DNA of 32,000 bases from Xylella taiwanensis (GCF_013177435.1 NZ_CP053627.1:2670001-2702000); one strand, 5' to 3'. Positions 17,823-27,311 are shown, counted from the first letter of the stretch. The notes: generated from the letters alone by a model not told the origin. Numbers and translations: made by a program.

Positions 17823-20219
17823 ATGGCAACACGACGCACGTTTTTGCAGGGTGCCATCACGCTGACCCTGATGGGTGGTGCTGGCTATCTGCCTGGCTTC
17901 GCCCATTCACGGGTCAATGCCTGGGCACTCCCGGAAGATACGCGGACCCAGGCCGACCTGACGCGCCACGTGGACGTCTTCATCGGCAGCAGCGGCCACG
18001 GCCACACCTTCCCAGGGGCCACGCTCCCATTCGGCATGGTGCAACTCAGCCCGGACACCTATAACGCGGCGTGGGACGCCTGCTCCGGCTATCACGCCTC
18101 CAACGGCTCGATCATGGGCTTCTCGCACACGCACCTGTCGGGGACTGGGATCGGCGATCTGCTGGACTTCCTGCTCATGCCGGGCAGCGGCGCAGTGAAG
18201 CTGACACCCGGTCCGCTCAATGCCCCTGAGACCGGCTACCGGCAACGCTACGATCACGCCGACGAAGCCGCCTCCCCCGGTTACTATCGGGTGCGCTTGA
18301 AGGACACGGGCATTCTCGCCGAGCTGACCGCCACCGCACGGACTGGCCTGCACCGTTACCACTTTCCTCAACATCAGCCCGGTCACCTGCTGTTGGACCT
18401 GAGCCACGCGATGCAGGACACGCCCACCACCGCGCCGCGGTTGAGTGACGTACAGGTGCGCATCGCCGATACACGTACCCTGCTGGGTGGCCGCCGTGTC
18501 TATCAGTGGGCTAAGGGCCGCTACATCTTCTTCGCGATGCGGCTGTCACGTCCGTTCGCACATGCACAGCTGTATAGCGACGATGCTCCACTCAGCACGG
18601 ACACGCGCCAAGCCAAGGGTCTATGTCTGAAAGCAGCGTTGCACTTCCCCGACGCCGGGGAAGCACCGCTGCTGGTCAAGGTCGGCCTGTCTGCGGTCAG
18701 CGCTGAAAACGCGCTGGCCAACCTTGACGCCGAATTGCCAGATTTCGACTTCGCCCGTGTGCATGCGCAAGCCGTGGCAACTTGGGAGCACGCACTGGGG
18801 CGGGTGCGGATCGAGACGGACAATGACGCGCAGCGCCGTATTTTCTATACCAGTCTGTATCACAGCCTGCTCGCCCCCACGTTGTTTAGTGATGTCGATG
18901 GCCGTTACCGCGGTATGGACCTGGAGGTGCATACGCTGCCGGCCGGGTACCACAATTACAGCACTTACTCGTTGTGGGACACCTATCGCGCGCTGCATCC
19001 GCTGTTGACGCTCGTGCAGTCCGAACGCGTCCCGGATCTGTTGCAATGTCTGGTACGTGGCGCGGCAGAATGCCCGGACGGCGTCGGTATCTGGCCGTTA
19101 CAAGGCGTAGAAACCGGTTGCATGATCGGGTATCACTCTGCCGTCGCCCTGGCCGAGGCGTATACGAAGGGGTTCACGGGCATCGACTATGCGGCGGCTT
19201 GGCCGCATTACCGCGCGCGCGCGATGCAGGATAAGGCGCACGGTCTGGCGTACTACCGCAGGCTCGGCTATATCCCCAGCGACAAGGTGGATGAAGCGGT
19301 CAGCCGCACCCTGGAATATGCGTATGACGATTGGGCCTGTGCGCACTTGGCCGCCGCCGCGGGGGCGGACACCGACGCACGTCTCCTGCGGGCACGGTCG
19401 CGCCAGTATCGCCACGTGTTCAATAGCAACAGCGGCTTTATGCAACCCCGTTTGGAAAATGGGGCCTGGGCAACGCCGTTCGATCCACGGGCGTTGGGAC
19501 ATCTGCCGCAGTGGCACGATTTCACGGAATCAAACGCTTGGCAGGCCACCTTTTTAAATCAGCACGATCTGTACGGTTATATGGCGCTGTTCGGCGGCCG
19601 TGACCGCTTTATCGCCAAGCTCGACGCGCTGTTTTCTGCACGTTCCGACTTGCCGCCAGGGGCACCGCCGGATATTGATGGGATGGTGGGCCAGTACGCT
19701 CACGGTAACGAGCCAAGTCACCATATCGCCTATCTGTACGTGTACGCGGGGCAACCGTACAAAACCCAGGCGATGGTGCGCCGCCTCCTGAGGGAGCAAT
19801 ACCACGATGCACGTGATGGTCTGTCCGGGAATGAGGATTGTGGCCAGATGAGCGCTTGGTTCGTGCTCAGTGCGCTGGGGTTGTACGCGGTCGATCCGGT
19901 CAGCGGCTACTATGTGATCGGCAGTCCTTTGTTTCCGTACGCGGTGTTGGACGTGGGTCAGGGCCGTCAGTTGCGTCTCTTCGCGCGCAACAACAGTGCG
20001 CAAAACGTCTATGTGCAATCACTCCGCTGGAACGGCACTCCCATCACCCGTACTTGGCTGCACCACTCCGAATTGGCGCAGGGGGGCACGCTGGAATTTG
20101 AGATGGGGCCCCGACCCAACCTCGCTTTCGGCACAGGCCAGCAGGATCTGCCACCGTCTTTCACGTCATTGCCCTCAGCCTCCCAGCACCCCGGGCCCAT
20201 CCAGGGGAGCCGCGCTTAA
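17823..20219 (+). CDS. nixK: Tat-exported GH92 alpha-mannosidase; positional equivalent of NixK
   Basis: Twin-arginine signal MATRRTFLQGAITLTLMGGAG. GH92 motifs: FIGSSGHGHTFPGATLPFGMVQLSPDT, GFSHTHLSGTG, YSLWDTYRALHPL, HGNEPSHHIAYLY, GNEDCGQMSAW. Confidence 0.92.
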   Translation: MATRRTFLQGAITLTLMGGAGYLPGFAHSRVNAWALPEDTRTQADLTRHVDVFIGSSGHGHTFPGATLPFGMVQLSPDTYNAAWDACSGYHASNGSIMGFSHTHLSGTGIGDLLDFLLMPGSGAVKLTPGPLNAPETGYRQRYDHADEAASPGYYRVRLKDTGILAELTATARTGLHRYHFPQHQPGHLLLDLSHAMQDTPTTAPRLSDVQVRIADTRTLLGGRRVYQWAKGRYIFFAMRLSRPFAHAQLYSDDAPLSTDTRQAKGLCLKAALHFPDAGEAPLLVKVGLSAVSAENALANLDAELPDFDFARVHAQAVATWEHALGRVRIETDNDAQRRIFYTSLYHSLLAPTLFSDVDGRYRGMDLEVHTLPAGYHNYSTYSLWDTYRALHPLLTLVQSERVPDLLQCLVRGAAECPDGVGIWPLQGVETGCMIGYHSAVALAEAYTKGFTGIDYAAAWPHYRARAMQDKAHGLAYYRRLGYIPSDKVDEAVSRTLEYAYDDWACAHLAAAAGADTDARLLRARSRQYRHVFNSNSGFMQPRLENGAWATPFDPRALGHLPQWHDFTESNAWQATFLNQHDLYGYMALFGGRDRFIAKLDALFSARSDLPPGAPPDIDGMVGQYAHGNEPSHHIAYLYVYAGQPYKTQAMVRRLLREQYHDARDGLSGNEDCGQMSAWFVLSALGLYAVDPVSGYYVIGSPLFPYAVLDVGQGRQLRLFARNNSAQNVYVQSLRWNGTPITRTWLHHSELAQGGTLEFEMGPRPNLAFGTGQQDLPPSFTSLPSASQHPGPIQGSRA

Positions 20220-20404
20220 GTGTCAGTGCGGGAGGCGTCTGGAATCGAGAATGAGTGCACCGCTCTGCCTGGGAACTTGGGTAGGCGGTACGAGGCTTGC
20301 GCCCGGATGCTGCACTCCCTCATGTTCCCATTCACGGCAGATATCCATCCGGCGGGCTGTGTTGGATCCAATCGCGCCGTGTTTTTCCTCCTTTGAGACA
20401 CTCC

Positions 20405-22285
20405 ATGCTGCTTAAGATATTCGCTTTGACACTCGCCATTACACTGCCCATGACGCTCAGCGCTGCACCTTGGCCGGTGTTTTCGACCCAGGGCACGCAC
20501 TTCATCCGTGATGGGAAGCCGTATCAATTGATCTCGGGTGCCATTCACTTGCAGCGCATTCCGCGAGCGTACTGGAAGGACCGATTGCAGAAGGCCCGTG
20601 CCCTGGGACTCAACACGGTAGAAACCTATGTTTTCTGGAATTTGGTCGAACCTCGCCAAGGTCAATTCGACTTCACGGGAAATAACGACGTTGGCGCTTT
20701 TGTGCGTGAAGCGGCGTCACAAGGACTGAACGTGATCCTGCGTCCTGGGCCCTACGTGTGTGCGGAATGGGAGGCAGGCGGTTACCCGGCTTGGCTGTTT
20801 GCCGATCCTACGCTGCGGGTACGCAGTCAGGATCCGCGTTTCCTGGATGCCAGTGAGCGCTACCTTGACGCCCTCGGCAGAGAGATCGGTCCGCTACTCA
20901 ATGGCAATGGCGGTCCCATTATTGCTGTGCAGGTTGAAAACGAGTACGGCTCCTACGGTGACGATCATGCGTATCTGCAGGCGATGCGCGGAATGTTTAT
21001 CAAGTCCGGTTTCGGACGCGCACTGCTGTTCACCTCCGACGGGGCAGAGATGCTCGGCAACGGTACTTTGCCGGACATGCTGGCCGCCGTGAATGTTGCG
21101 CCGGGCGAGGCTAAAGATGCACTCGAAAAGCTTGCCCGATTCCATCCCGGACAGCCACAGATGGTGGGCGAATATTGGGCCGGCTGGTTCGATCAATGGG
21201 GAAAGCCGCATGCGCGTACCGATGCGAAGCAGCAGGCGAAGGAGATCGAATGGATCCTGCGGCAAGGCCACTCGATGAATCTTTATATGTTCACTGGAGG
21301 CACTAGCTTCGGCTTCATGAATGGGGCGAACTTCCAAGGTGCGCCGAGCGACCATTACAGCCCTCAAACCACCAGCTACGATTACGACGCGGTGCTGGAT
21401 GAGGGCGGACGGCCCATGCCGAAGTTCGCGATGTTCCGTGATGTCATCACCCGCGTGACGGGTATCCAGCCACCACCGTTGCCAGCGGCGACCCGTTTCA
21501 TTGATCTGCCGGACACGCCATTAGGTGAATCAGCTTCGCTGTGGGACAACCTGCCTGCACCGGTGGCCACCACGCCAGATCCGCAACCGATGGAGCGCTA
21601 TGGGCAAGCCTACGGTTACATCGTGTACCGCACCAGAGTGAACGGTCCACGGCAGGGCACGCTGTATCTGGGCGACGTGCGGGATGAGGCTCACGTCTAC
21701 GTTGATCGCATCCTCGCGGGGAGTGCTGAACGCCGCCTGCAGCAGGTGTCGGTGGAGGTCGACATTCCCTCGGGCACACACACGCTCGATGTGCTGGTAG
21801 AAAACAGCGGACGGGTGAACTATGGTCCTCACCTCGCCGATGGTCGCGCCGGACTGATTGATCCGGTATGGCTCAATCACCAGCCGGTGAAGGGGTGGGA
21901 AACGTTTCTGCTACCGCTGGAGACGCCAGAAGCGATCCGTGGCTGGACAACGGCAAAGATCAAGGGACCTGCGTTCCATCGGGGGACGCTGTATATCAGC
22001 AGGCCAGCGGATACGTTTTTGGACATGCAAGCGTTCAGCAAGGGGGTGACATGGGCCAATGGTCACACGCTTGGCCGCCACTGGAGTATCGGTCCGCAGG
22101 GTGCGCTTTACTTCCCGGGGGCGTGGCAGCGCCAAGGGAGTAACACGGTGCTTGTGTTGGATGTGAACGATACCTCGGCAGCCCGGGTGCGCGGTGTGCA
22201 ACAGCAGCGGTGGATCACTCCAAGCACGGCCAAGTCGTTTTCTTCAAAAGCAGTCACTCTTCTGGGCATGGGTGTTTTCCCATGA
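20405..22285 (+). CDS. nixL: Exported GH35 beta-galactosidase; positional equivalent of NixL
   Basis: Sec signal MLLKIFALTLAITLPMTLSAA at ATG 20405 (the ORF track opens at 20297). GH35 motifs: FIRDGKPYQLISGAIH, GLNTVETYVFWN, acid/base VQVENEYGSYG, nucleophile region PQMVGEYWAGWFDQWG. Confidence 0.92.
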   Translation: MLLKIFALTLAITLPMTLSAAPWPVFSTQGTHFIRDGKPYQLISGAIHLQRIPRAYWKDRLQKARALGLNTVETYVFWNLVEPRQGQFDFTGNNDVGAFVREAASQGLNVILRPGPYVCAEWEAGGYPAWLFADPTLRVRSQDPRFLDASERYLDALGREIGPLLNGNGGPIIAVQVENEYGSYGDDHAYLQAMRGMFIKSGFGRALLFTSDGAEMLGNGTLPDMLAAVNVAPGEAKDALEKLARFHPGQPQMVGEYWAGWFDQWGKPHARTDAKQQAKEIEWILRQGHSMNLYMFTGGTSFGFMNGANFQGAPSDHYSPQTTSYDYDAVLDEGGRPMPKFAMFRDVITRVTGIQPPPLPAATRFIDLPDTPLGESASLWDNLPAPVATTPDPQPMERYGQAYGYIVYRTRVNGPRQGTLYLGDVRDEAHVYVDRILAGSAERRLQQVSVEVDIPSGTHTLDVLVENSGRVNYGPHLADGRAGLIDPVWLNHQPVKGWETFLLPLETPEAIRGWTTAKIKGPAFHRGTLYISRPADTFLDMQAFSKGVTWANGHTLGRHWSIGPQGALYFPGAWQRQGSNTVLVLDVNDTSAARVRGVQQQRWITPSTAKSFSSKAVTLLGMGVFP

Positions 22286-22513
22286 GAAGCAACGTTTTCT
22301 CTACAACACGGCATGACGTCCCATACGCCGCTGACAGCAGCATGAGTCAGCGCTCTGACGATGCCTCTTTTAACATCCTGCCAGGAGCCATCAGTAAAAA
22401 CGGGGAGTATCCAGACGATGGGAGTGCATGGTCATGACCACAGCACCAAGCGGGTAGCTTGGTATCGGCTACTCCTGTTCAAGATGCTGTTGTAAGCCGG
22501 TTTAAGTTCACGC

Positions 22514-22539
22514 ATCGGGACACGCAGCACCTTCCCGAT
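22514..22539. terminator. Weak hairpin between the convergent GH35 and pdxA genes (7-bp stem ATCGGGA/TCCCGAT, 12-nt loop); no flanking T-tract on either strand
   Basis: Direct reading: atcgggacacgcagcaccttcccgat. The position (between two converging stop codons) is its only support as a terminator. Confidence 0.2.
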
Positions 22540-22574
22540 ACGAGGACCTTCTGAAATCACTCATGCTGCGGGCA

Positions 22575-23567
22575 TCAGGGACGCCCGGACCTGGAGGCAC
22601 GCGATACCGCCAGCTGCGCGCACAGTGCAGTGGCTGCAAAGAGGCTGGAAGGATCGGCCACTCCACGGCCAGCCAGGTCAAGGGCGGTGCCATGGTCGAC
22701 GGCCACACGGGGATAGGGAAGACCCAACGTGATATTGACGGCTTGTTCGAATCCGCTGTGTTTGAGCACTGGTAAGCCTTGGTCGTGATACATCGCCACG
22801 ACGGCGTCGTATTCAATCAGCTTGGCCGGCAGGAAAGCCGTGTCCGCAGGCAGTGGGCCCAGCAAGGTCATGCCTGCGGTACGCAAGCGCTGCAACACTG
22901 GGATGATGACATCCAGCTCTTCGCGACCAAGATAACCATCTTCGCCGGCGTGCGGATTCACCCCAAGTACGGCAATACGTGGCGTTGTCAAGCCAAACTC
23001 ACTGCACATCGCCGCATTAACAATGCATAAGCAACGTTCCACCGCAGCAGCAGTAATGGCGTGCGGCACGTCACGCAGCGGCAGATGTGTGGTGACCAAA
23101 GCCACGCGCAGCTGCGTATTAGCCAACATCATGACCACATCGCACCCGGCCTGCTCGGCGAGCAACTCTGTCGTGCCGGTGTAATGGATGCCACTCTGAT
23201 TGATCACGGCCTTGTGTACCGGGCCAGTGACCATGCCGTGCAACGCACCGTGCAAGCAGTGGCTTGCCGCCTCACATAGTGCAGCCACCACCGCGGGAGC
23301 ATTGGCGGGGTCCGCTTGACCAAAGCGAGTCGGATGGACTTGAGGCTGTACCTGTAGAGGCAGATCGCCAGGACACTGGGGGATCGCTTCGGGCGGAAGC
23401 AAACGCAGCGGCAAACCCAGTGCGGCGGCGGCGGCCTGTAAAGTGCCTGGATCGGCAAAGGCGACGAGTCGGCAATCGTCACGCGGGTGTTGCACCAACC
23501 GCACGCATAATTCCGGCCCAACGCCCGCCGGTTCACCAGGAACCAAAGCAAGCGCAGGTTGCAACAT
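22575..23567 (-). CDS. pdxA: 4-hydroxythreonine-4-phosphate dehydrogenase PdxA
   Basis: 330 aa. Motifs: GEPAGVGPE, TGPVHK, TTELLAE, LRVALVTTHLPL, LGVNPHAGEDGYLGREE, AMYHDQGLPVLK. Starts 4 nt after the surA stop. Confidence 0.93.
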   Translation of the reverse strand: MLQPALALVPGEPAGVGPELCVRLVQHPRDDCRLVAFADPGTLQAAAAALGLPLRLLPPEAIPQCPGDLPLQVQPQVHPTRFGQADPANAPAVVAALCEAASHCLHGALHGMVTGPVHKAVINQSGIHYTGTTELLAEQAGCDVVMMLANTQLRVALVTTHLPLRDVPHAITAAAVERCLCIVNAAMCSEFGLTTPRIAVLGVNPHAGEDGYLGREELDVIIPVLQRLRTAGMTLLGPLPADTAFLPAKLIEYDAVVAMYHDQGLPVLKHSGFEQAVNITLGLPYPRVAVDHGTALDLAGRGVADPSSLFAATALCAQLAVSRASRSGRP

Positions 23568-23571
23568 GAGA

Positions 23572-24936
23572 TCAGTGCTTCATTGAGGACGGTGACGTGA
23601 CGCCTACAGCCGGGGGAGCAGCACTTGGACTGGCGTCCTCAACCTGGAGATTCACGTAAGCCTCGCCACGGAGCTCCTGCAAGAAGCGTTCATAGGCTTC
23701 CTCCAACTTGCGCTGGCCAATCATCTCGCGAACCTGGGAACGTTGGTTCTCACTGTTGACGTCTGTCTGGCGCGTGCCCAGACGCTGCACGATGTGCCAG
23801 CCGGCTGCGGTACGGAAAGGTTCCGAAACCTTGCCGTCAGCAAGCGCTTTGATATGGTTGCCGAAGTCAGCTCCAAAAGCATCCACCGGGAACCAACCAA
23901 GATCTCCACCCTGATTGCGGTTGTTGGCGTCCTCCGAGGACTCTTGAGCGACGGCCTGAAAATCCGAACCAGCAATGATACGTGCACGCAAGGTGCCGAT
24001 TTTGGCCTTGGCTTCAGCGTCGCCCTGGTCCCCATTGACACGAATCAGAATGTGGCGGGCATGGTATTCGGTGACCATCTGTTTCGTGCCAGCGGCCGCA
24101 CTATCGCGCACTTCTACGAGCTTCAGTAGCTGAAAACCGCTGGGGCCACGCAGCGGCCCCACCACCTGACCAGCCTGCATGCCGTGAACCATCTGTGCAA
24201 ATGCTTCAGGGATCTCGTCCAGGCTACGCCACCCCAAATCGCCGCTTTCAAGCGCATTAGGACTATCGGAATAACGCACCGCGGCGGCGGCAAAGCCAAG
24301 CTCCCCCTTATCGATCAGGTGCTTAATACCATCGACTTTTTTCTGGGCAATCGCAATCTGTTCGGAAGTAGCCCCCTCAGGCAAGCCGACCAAGATGTGT
24401 TGCAGGTGGTACTGCACACCGCTGTTAGCCTGCTGGGCAACTGCAGTGTCGACTTCACCCTCGCTGACCACAACGCGACTCTGCGCAAAGCTTTGCCGCA
24501 AATGCTGCATGGTGATCTCATCACGCACTGACTGGCGAAATTCGGGGAAAGGCATCCCTTCTGCAGCCAATTTCTGGCGGAGGCCATCAACACTGGTGCC
24601 ATTGTTATCAGCAATGCTAGCAATGGCGTGATTCAATTCATCGTCACTGACCCGGATACCATTGCTCTGCGCGCGCGCGACTTGGAGCTTGATCAAAATC
24701 AGCCGTTCCAATACTTGCCGCTGCAAGACTTCATCCGGAGGCAACTGGGCTTCATGGCCAACATACTGTGACTTGACATTGCGAATGGCGCGATCGAGTT
24801 CACTCCTCAAAATCACATTGTCATCAACGACAGCAACGATGTGATCCAACGATTGCTGTCGTGCCGACGCCACCGGCAAGAACACACTGGACACTGCCAA
24901 CAGCAAAGAGAGAACAACGGGAAGAGGTCTGGTCAT
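23572..24936 (-). CDS. surA: Periplasmic chaperone / peptidyl-prolyl isomerase SurA
   Basis: Signal peptide MTRPLPVVLSLLLAVSSVFLPVASA. SurA N-domain IVAVVDDNVILRSELD. Two parvulin-type domains (HLQHILVGLPEG...GDLGW; ARHILIRV...GGDLGWF). Its ATG overlaps the lptD stop (ATGA at 24933..24936). Confidence 0.92.
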   Translation of the reverse strand: MTRPLPVVLSLLLAVSSVFLPVASARQQSLDHIVAVVDDNVILRSELDRAIRNVKSQYVGHEAQLPPDEVLQRQVLERLILIKLQVARAQSNGIRVSDDELNHAIASIADNNGTSVDGLRQKLAAEGMPFPEFRQSVRDEITMQHLRQSFAQSRVVVSEGEVDTAVAQQANSGVQYHLQHILVGLPEGATSEQIAIAQKKVDGIKHLIDKGELGFAAAAVRYSDSPNALESGDLGWRSLDEIPEAFAQMVHGMQAGQVVGPLRGPSGFQLLKLVEVRDSAAAGTKQMVTEYHARHILIRVNGDQGDAEAKAKIGTLRARIIAGSDFQAVAQESSEDANNRNQGGDLGWFPVDAFGADFGNHIKALADGKVSEPFRTAAGWHIVQRLGTRQTDVNSENQRSQVREMIGQRKLEEAYERFLQELRGEAYVNLQVEDASPSAAPPAVGVTSPSSMKH

Positions 24937-27311
24937 GGAATCTGATTTGGATCGTAAGCGTCCGGATCGGTCGTCGTGTTGCTAGGCGGAACCAAGTAAA
25001 GGTCATCGCGATAGTAACCAAGAATAGCACGGCGCAGGACGCGATCTGTGTCCTGCCCCACTGAGCTCAACCCCTTAAACACAAACTCCAACTGAATGGA
25101 ATTGTCCATGTCACCCGTGCGGTTACGCATGTGGCGACGAAACACGGTGCGCACGGCCAGGCAGCAACTGTCCCACTGGAGGCCACCGATGATTTCTAAC
25201 GGCTTCTTATCCAACAACGAATAGTAGTAACGACCAATGGCGCTCCACTTGGGATTGATTGGATACAGGAAAGAAATATCCGTCTGTTTGAGCTGGTCGG
25301 TACCATCCAAGGTATTACGCCGGTAACGGTAAGCCAAGTTGATGATTCCATCGCTACCGATCAGGTAACGAGCACGGAGACTGGCCAGGTCATCGCGGCG
25401 GAAGTTAGGATTCCACTGGTAAGTCGCGTTTAGCATCCAACGGTCGTTAATGTTGTAAGCCACGTCGCCCACCCAAGCTGACTTGCCCTGTTCAACGCGT
25501 TCCTCACTATCATTCAAGGTGACAAGCGAGTCTTTAAAGTACAGGATCTGACCGACACTCAGCGCAAGCTCTTCCTTGCCAGTTTCTTGATGCAGCCAGC
25601 GTGAAGTGACCGCTAGAGTCAGCTGATCGGCATCGTTTTGACGATCGGGACCGGTATAACGGCTGTCGCGGAATAATTGTCCCCAACTGAAGGTGAAAGC
25701 ACGGGTATCGAACAGCGGCAGGTCGCTCTGGTTGCGATATGGGACATACAAATAGTAAAGCCGCGGCTCCAATGTGTTCAGATAGCTCCTACCGAAAACA
25801 TTTGTCTCACGATCCAAGTACAACCCCGAATCTAAAGATACGATCGGCACGCTGCGCATCGGCGTGCGATGACCATTCAATTGATCTGCAATGCCTCTGT
25901 CCAAATGATACGCAGAATAGCGCCAAGCAACACTTGGAGTGACGTACCAAGCCGCACCGGTCAATGGCAGCAATACATAAGGCTTCACATCCAAGCGACT
26001 GCCACCGTAGTAAGGAATCACCCCACCGGTACGGCGATAGCTGCCATCACTCTGTGATGCCACCAAGTAAGCATCATCATGCTGGAAACGCACTGCCTCG
26101 CTGTACACGCCGAATTCCAGCGAGTCAGACACCGGCTTGTTCCAGTTGAAAAACAAACGCGGCTGACGGTTGTAAGCCAACGCACTTTCATCCAGGCTGT
26201 AATCGGTGAGCTGCCAGCGATCAGCCATCAGACCAGCCGTCCATGTGTCACCTATACCGTACACACCGACCGTACTTTGCAAGCTTGACAGGGATGACAT
26301 CCCAACAAGGCGACTGGAAAAATCCTCCGTGTAGCGGGTATCACTGACCCAAGCTAACGAAGCACGCGCCTGCCAGTGGCTATCAATATTGTGGTAGCCA
26401 CTGAAACTAAAACTCCCACGGCTTTTATCGCGCAACCTATCGTTAGGGATGTAAGCGGCACGCGTCTGCCCCTTGCCGCCATCGTACAGATAGCGAAATT
26501 CGGTATCGAGCATGGCACCACGCTTCTGCATGTAACGCGGATACAGCGTGGCGTCATAGTTCGGTGCCAGATTGAGATATACCGGCTGGGTGTAGTCGAA
26601 ACCATTTCGACCGGAATAACTCAACTGCGGGTAGAGCAAGCCAGTTTGGCGGCGATTGTCGATCGGAAATTTAAACCAAGGCAGATACAACACTGGCCAT
26701 TTGCCAACCTCGAACACCGCATGACGCGCAACGCCGAAACCCTCCACATTATCCACATCGATCTGGGGAGCACGGACCCGCCAGACTACCTGCGACGGAT
26801 CGCAGGTGGTGTAGGTAGAGTGGTACGTTCGTCCCACCTGGCCGTGGATATCGACAGACTGGGCAACGCCATTGCCACGATGATCAATCAATTGATATCG
26901 AATGTTGCTGATCTTATGGACATCGGTATTCTGGTTGCCTTCAGCACGGTCGGCAATCACTCGGACCGAAGCGTCCTGGTAGCGGACATGACCCTCAGCA
27001 ATGTAGCCGCCGGTCTCGGTGTCTATCCGCACACTATCAGCACCCAAGAACTGATCACCACGCACCAAAACAACATTGCCCTGGTACAGCGGGGTGCTTG
27101 CGGTACCGGTGAGCGTGTCACCCTCGATATTGGTCGGCAATTGGGGACGGATCTGAGCCACATGCTTATCCGTCTTGGGCGCCTGCTCAAAGCCCTGTAA
27201 CGGCAACGTCGCAGGGCACAGCCCCCAATTAGGCGGTTTCTCTTCTGCCAGCGCCGACAGACAGATAGCAATACTCAAAGGCAAGGGCAGCAGGTGGAAA
27301 ACTCGGTACAC
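24933..27311 (-). CDS. lptD: LPS-assembly outer-membrane protein LptD (OstA/Imp)
   Basis: 792 aa; GTG start with signal peptide MYRVFHLLPLPLSIAICLSALA. OstA-like N-domain (GDTLTGTASTPLYQGNVVLVRGDQFLGADSVRID...AEGHVRYQD). Long aromatic-rich beta-barrel region. Canonical position upstream of surA-pdxA. Confidence 0.92.
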   Translation of the reverse strand: MYRVFHLLPLPLSIAICLSALAEEKPPNWGLCPATLPLQGFEQAPKTDKHVAQIRPQLPTNIEGDTLTGTASTPLYQGNVVLVRGDQFLGADSVRIDTETGGYIAEGHVRYQDASVRVIADRAEGNQNTDVHKISNIRYQLIDHRGNGVAQSVDIHGQVGRTYHSTYTTCDPSQVVWRVRAPQIDVDNVEGFGVARHAVFEVGKWPVLYLPWFKFPIDNRRQTGLLYPQLSYSGRNGFDYTQPVYLNLAPNYDATLYPRYMQKRGAMLDTEFRYLYDGGKGQTRAAYIPNDRLRDKSRGSFSFSGYHNIDSHWQARASLAWVSDTRYTEDFSSRLVGMSSLSSLQSTVGVYGIGDTWTAGLMADRWQLTDYSLDESALAYNRQPRLFFNWNKPVSDSLEFGVYSEAVRFQHDDAYLVASQSDGSYRRTGGVIPYYGGSRLDVKPYVLLPLTGAAWYVTPSVAWRYSAYHLDRGIADQLNGHRTPMRSVPIVSLDSGLYLDRETNVFGRSYLNTLEPRLYYLYVPYRNQSDLPLFDTRAFTFSWGQLFRDSRYTGPDRQNDADQLTLAVTSRWLHQETGKEELALSVGQILYFKDSLVTLNDSEERVEQGKSAWVGDVAYNINDRWMLNATYQWNPNFRRDDLASLRARYLIGSDGIINLAYRYRRNTLDGTDQLKQTDISFLYPINPKWSAIGRYYYSLLDKKPLEIIGGLQWDSCCLAVRTVFRRHMRNRTGDMDNSIQLEFVFKGLSSVGQDTDRVLRRAILGYYRDDLYLVPPSNTTTDPDAYDPNQIP

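Noticed and set aside
22508-22574. Short ORF MSDFRRSSYREGAACPDA directly after pdxA, considered as an rsmA/ksgA N-terminal remnant
   Set aside because: It shows no resemblance to the KsgA N-terminus (..GQ.FL.D...) and is too short to evaluate.
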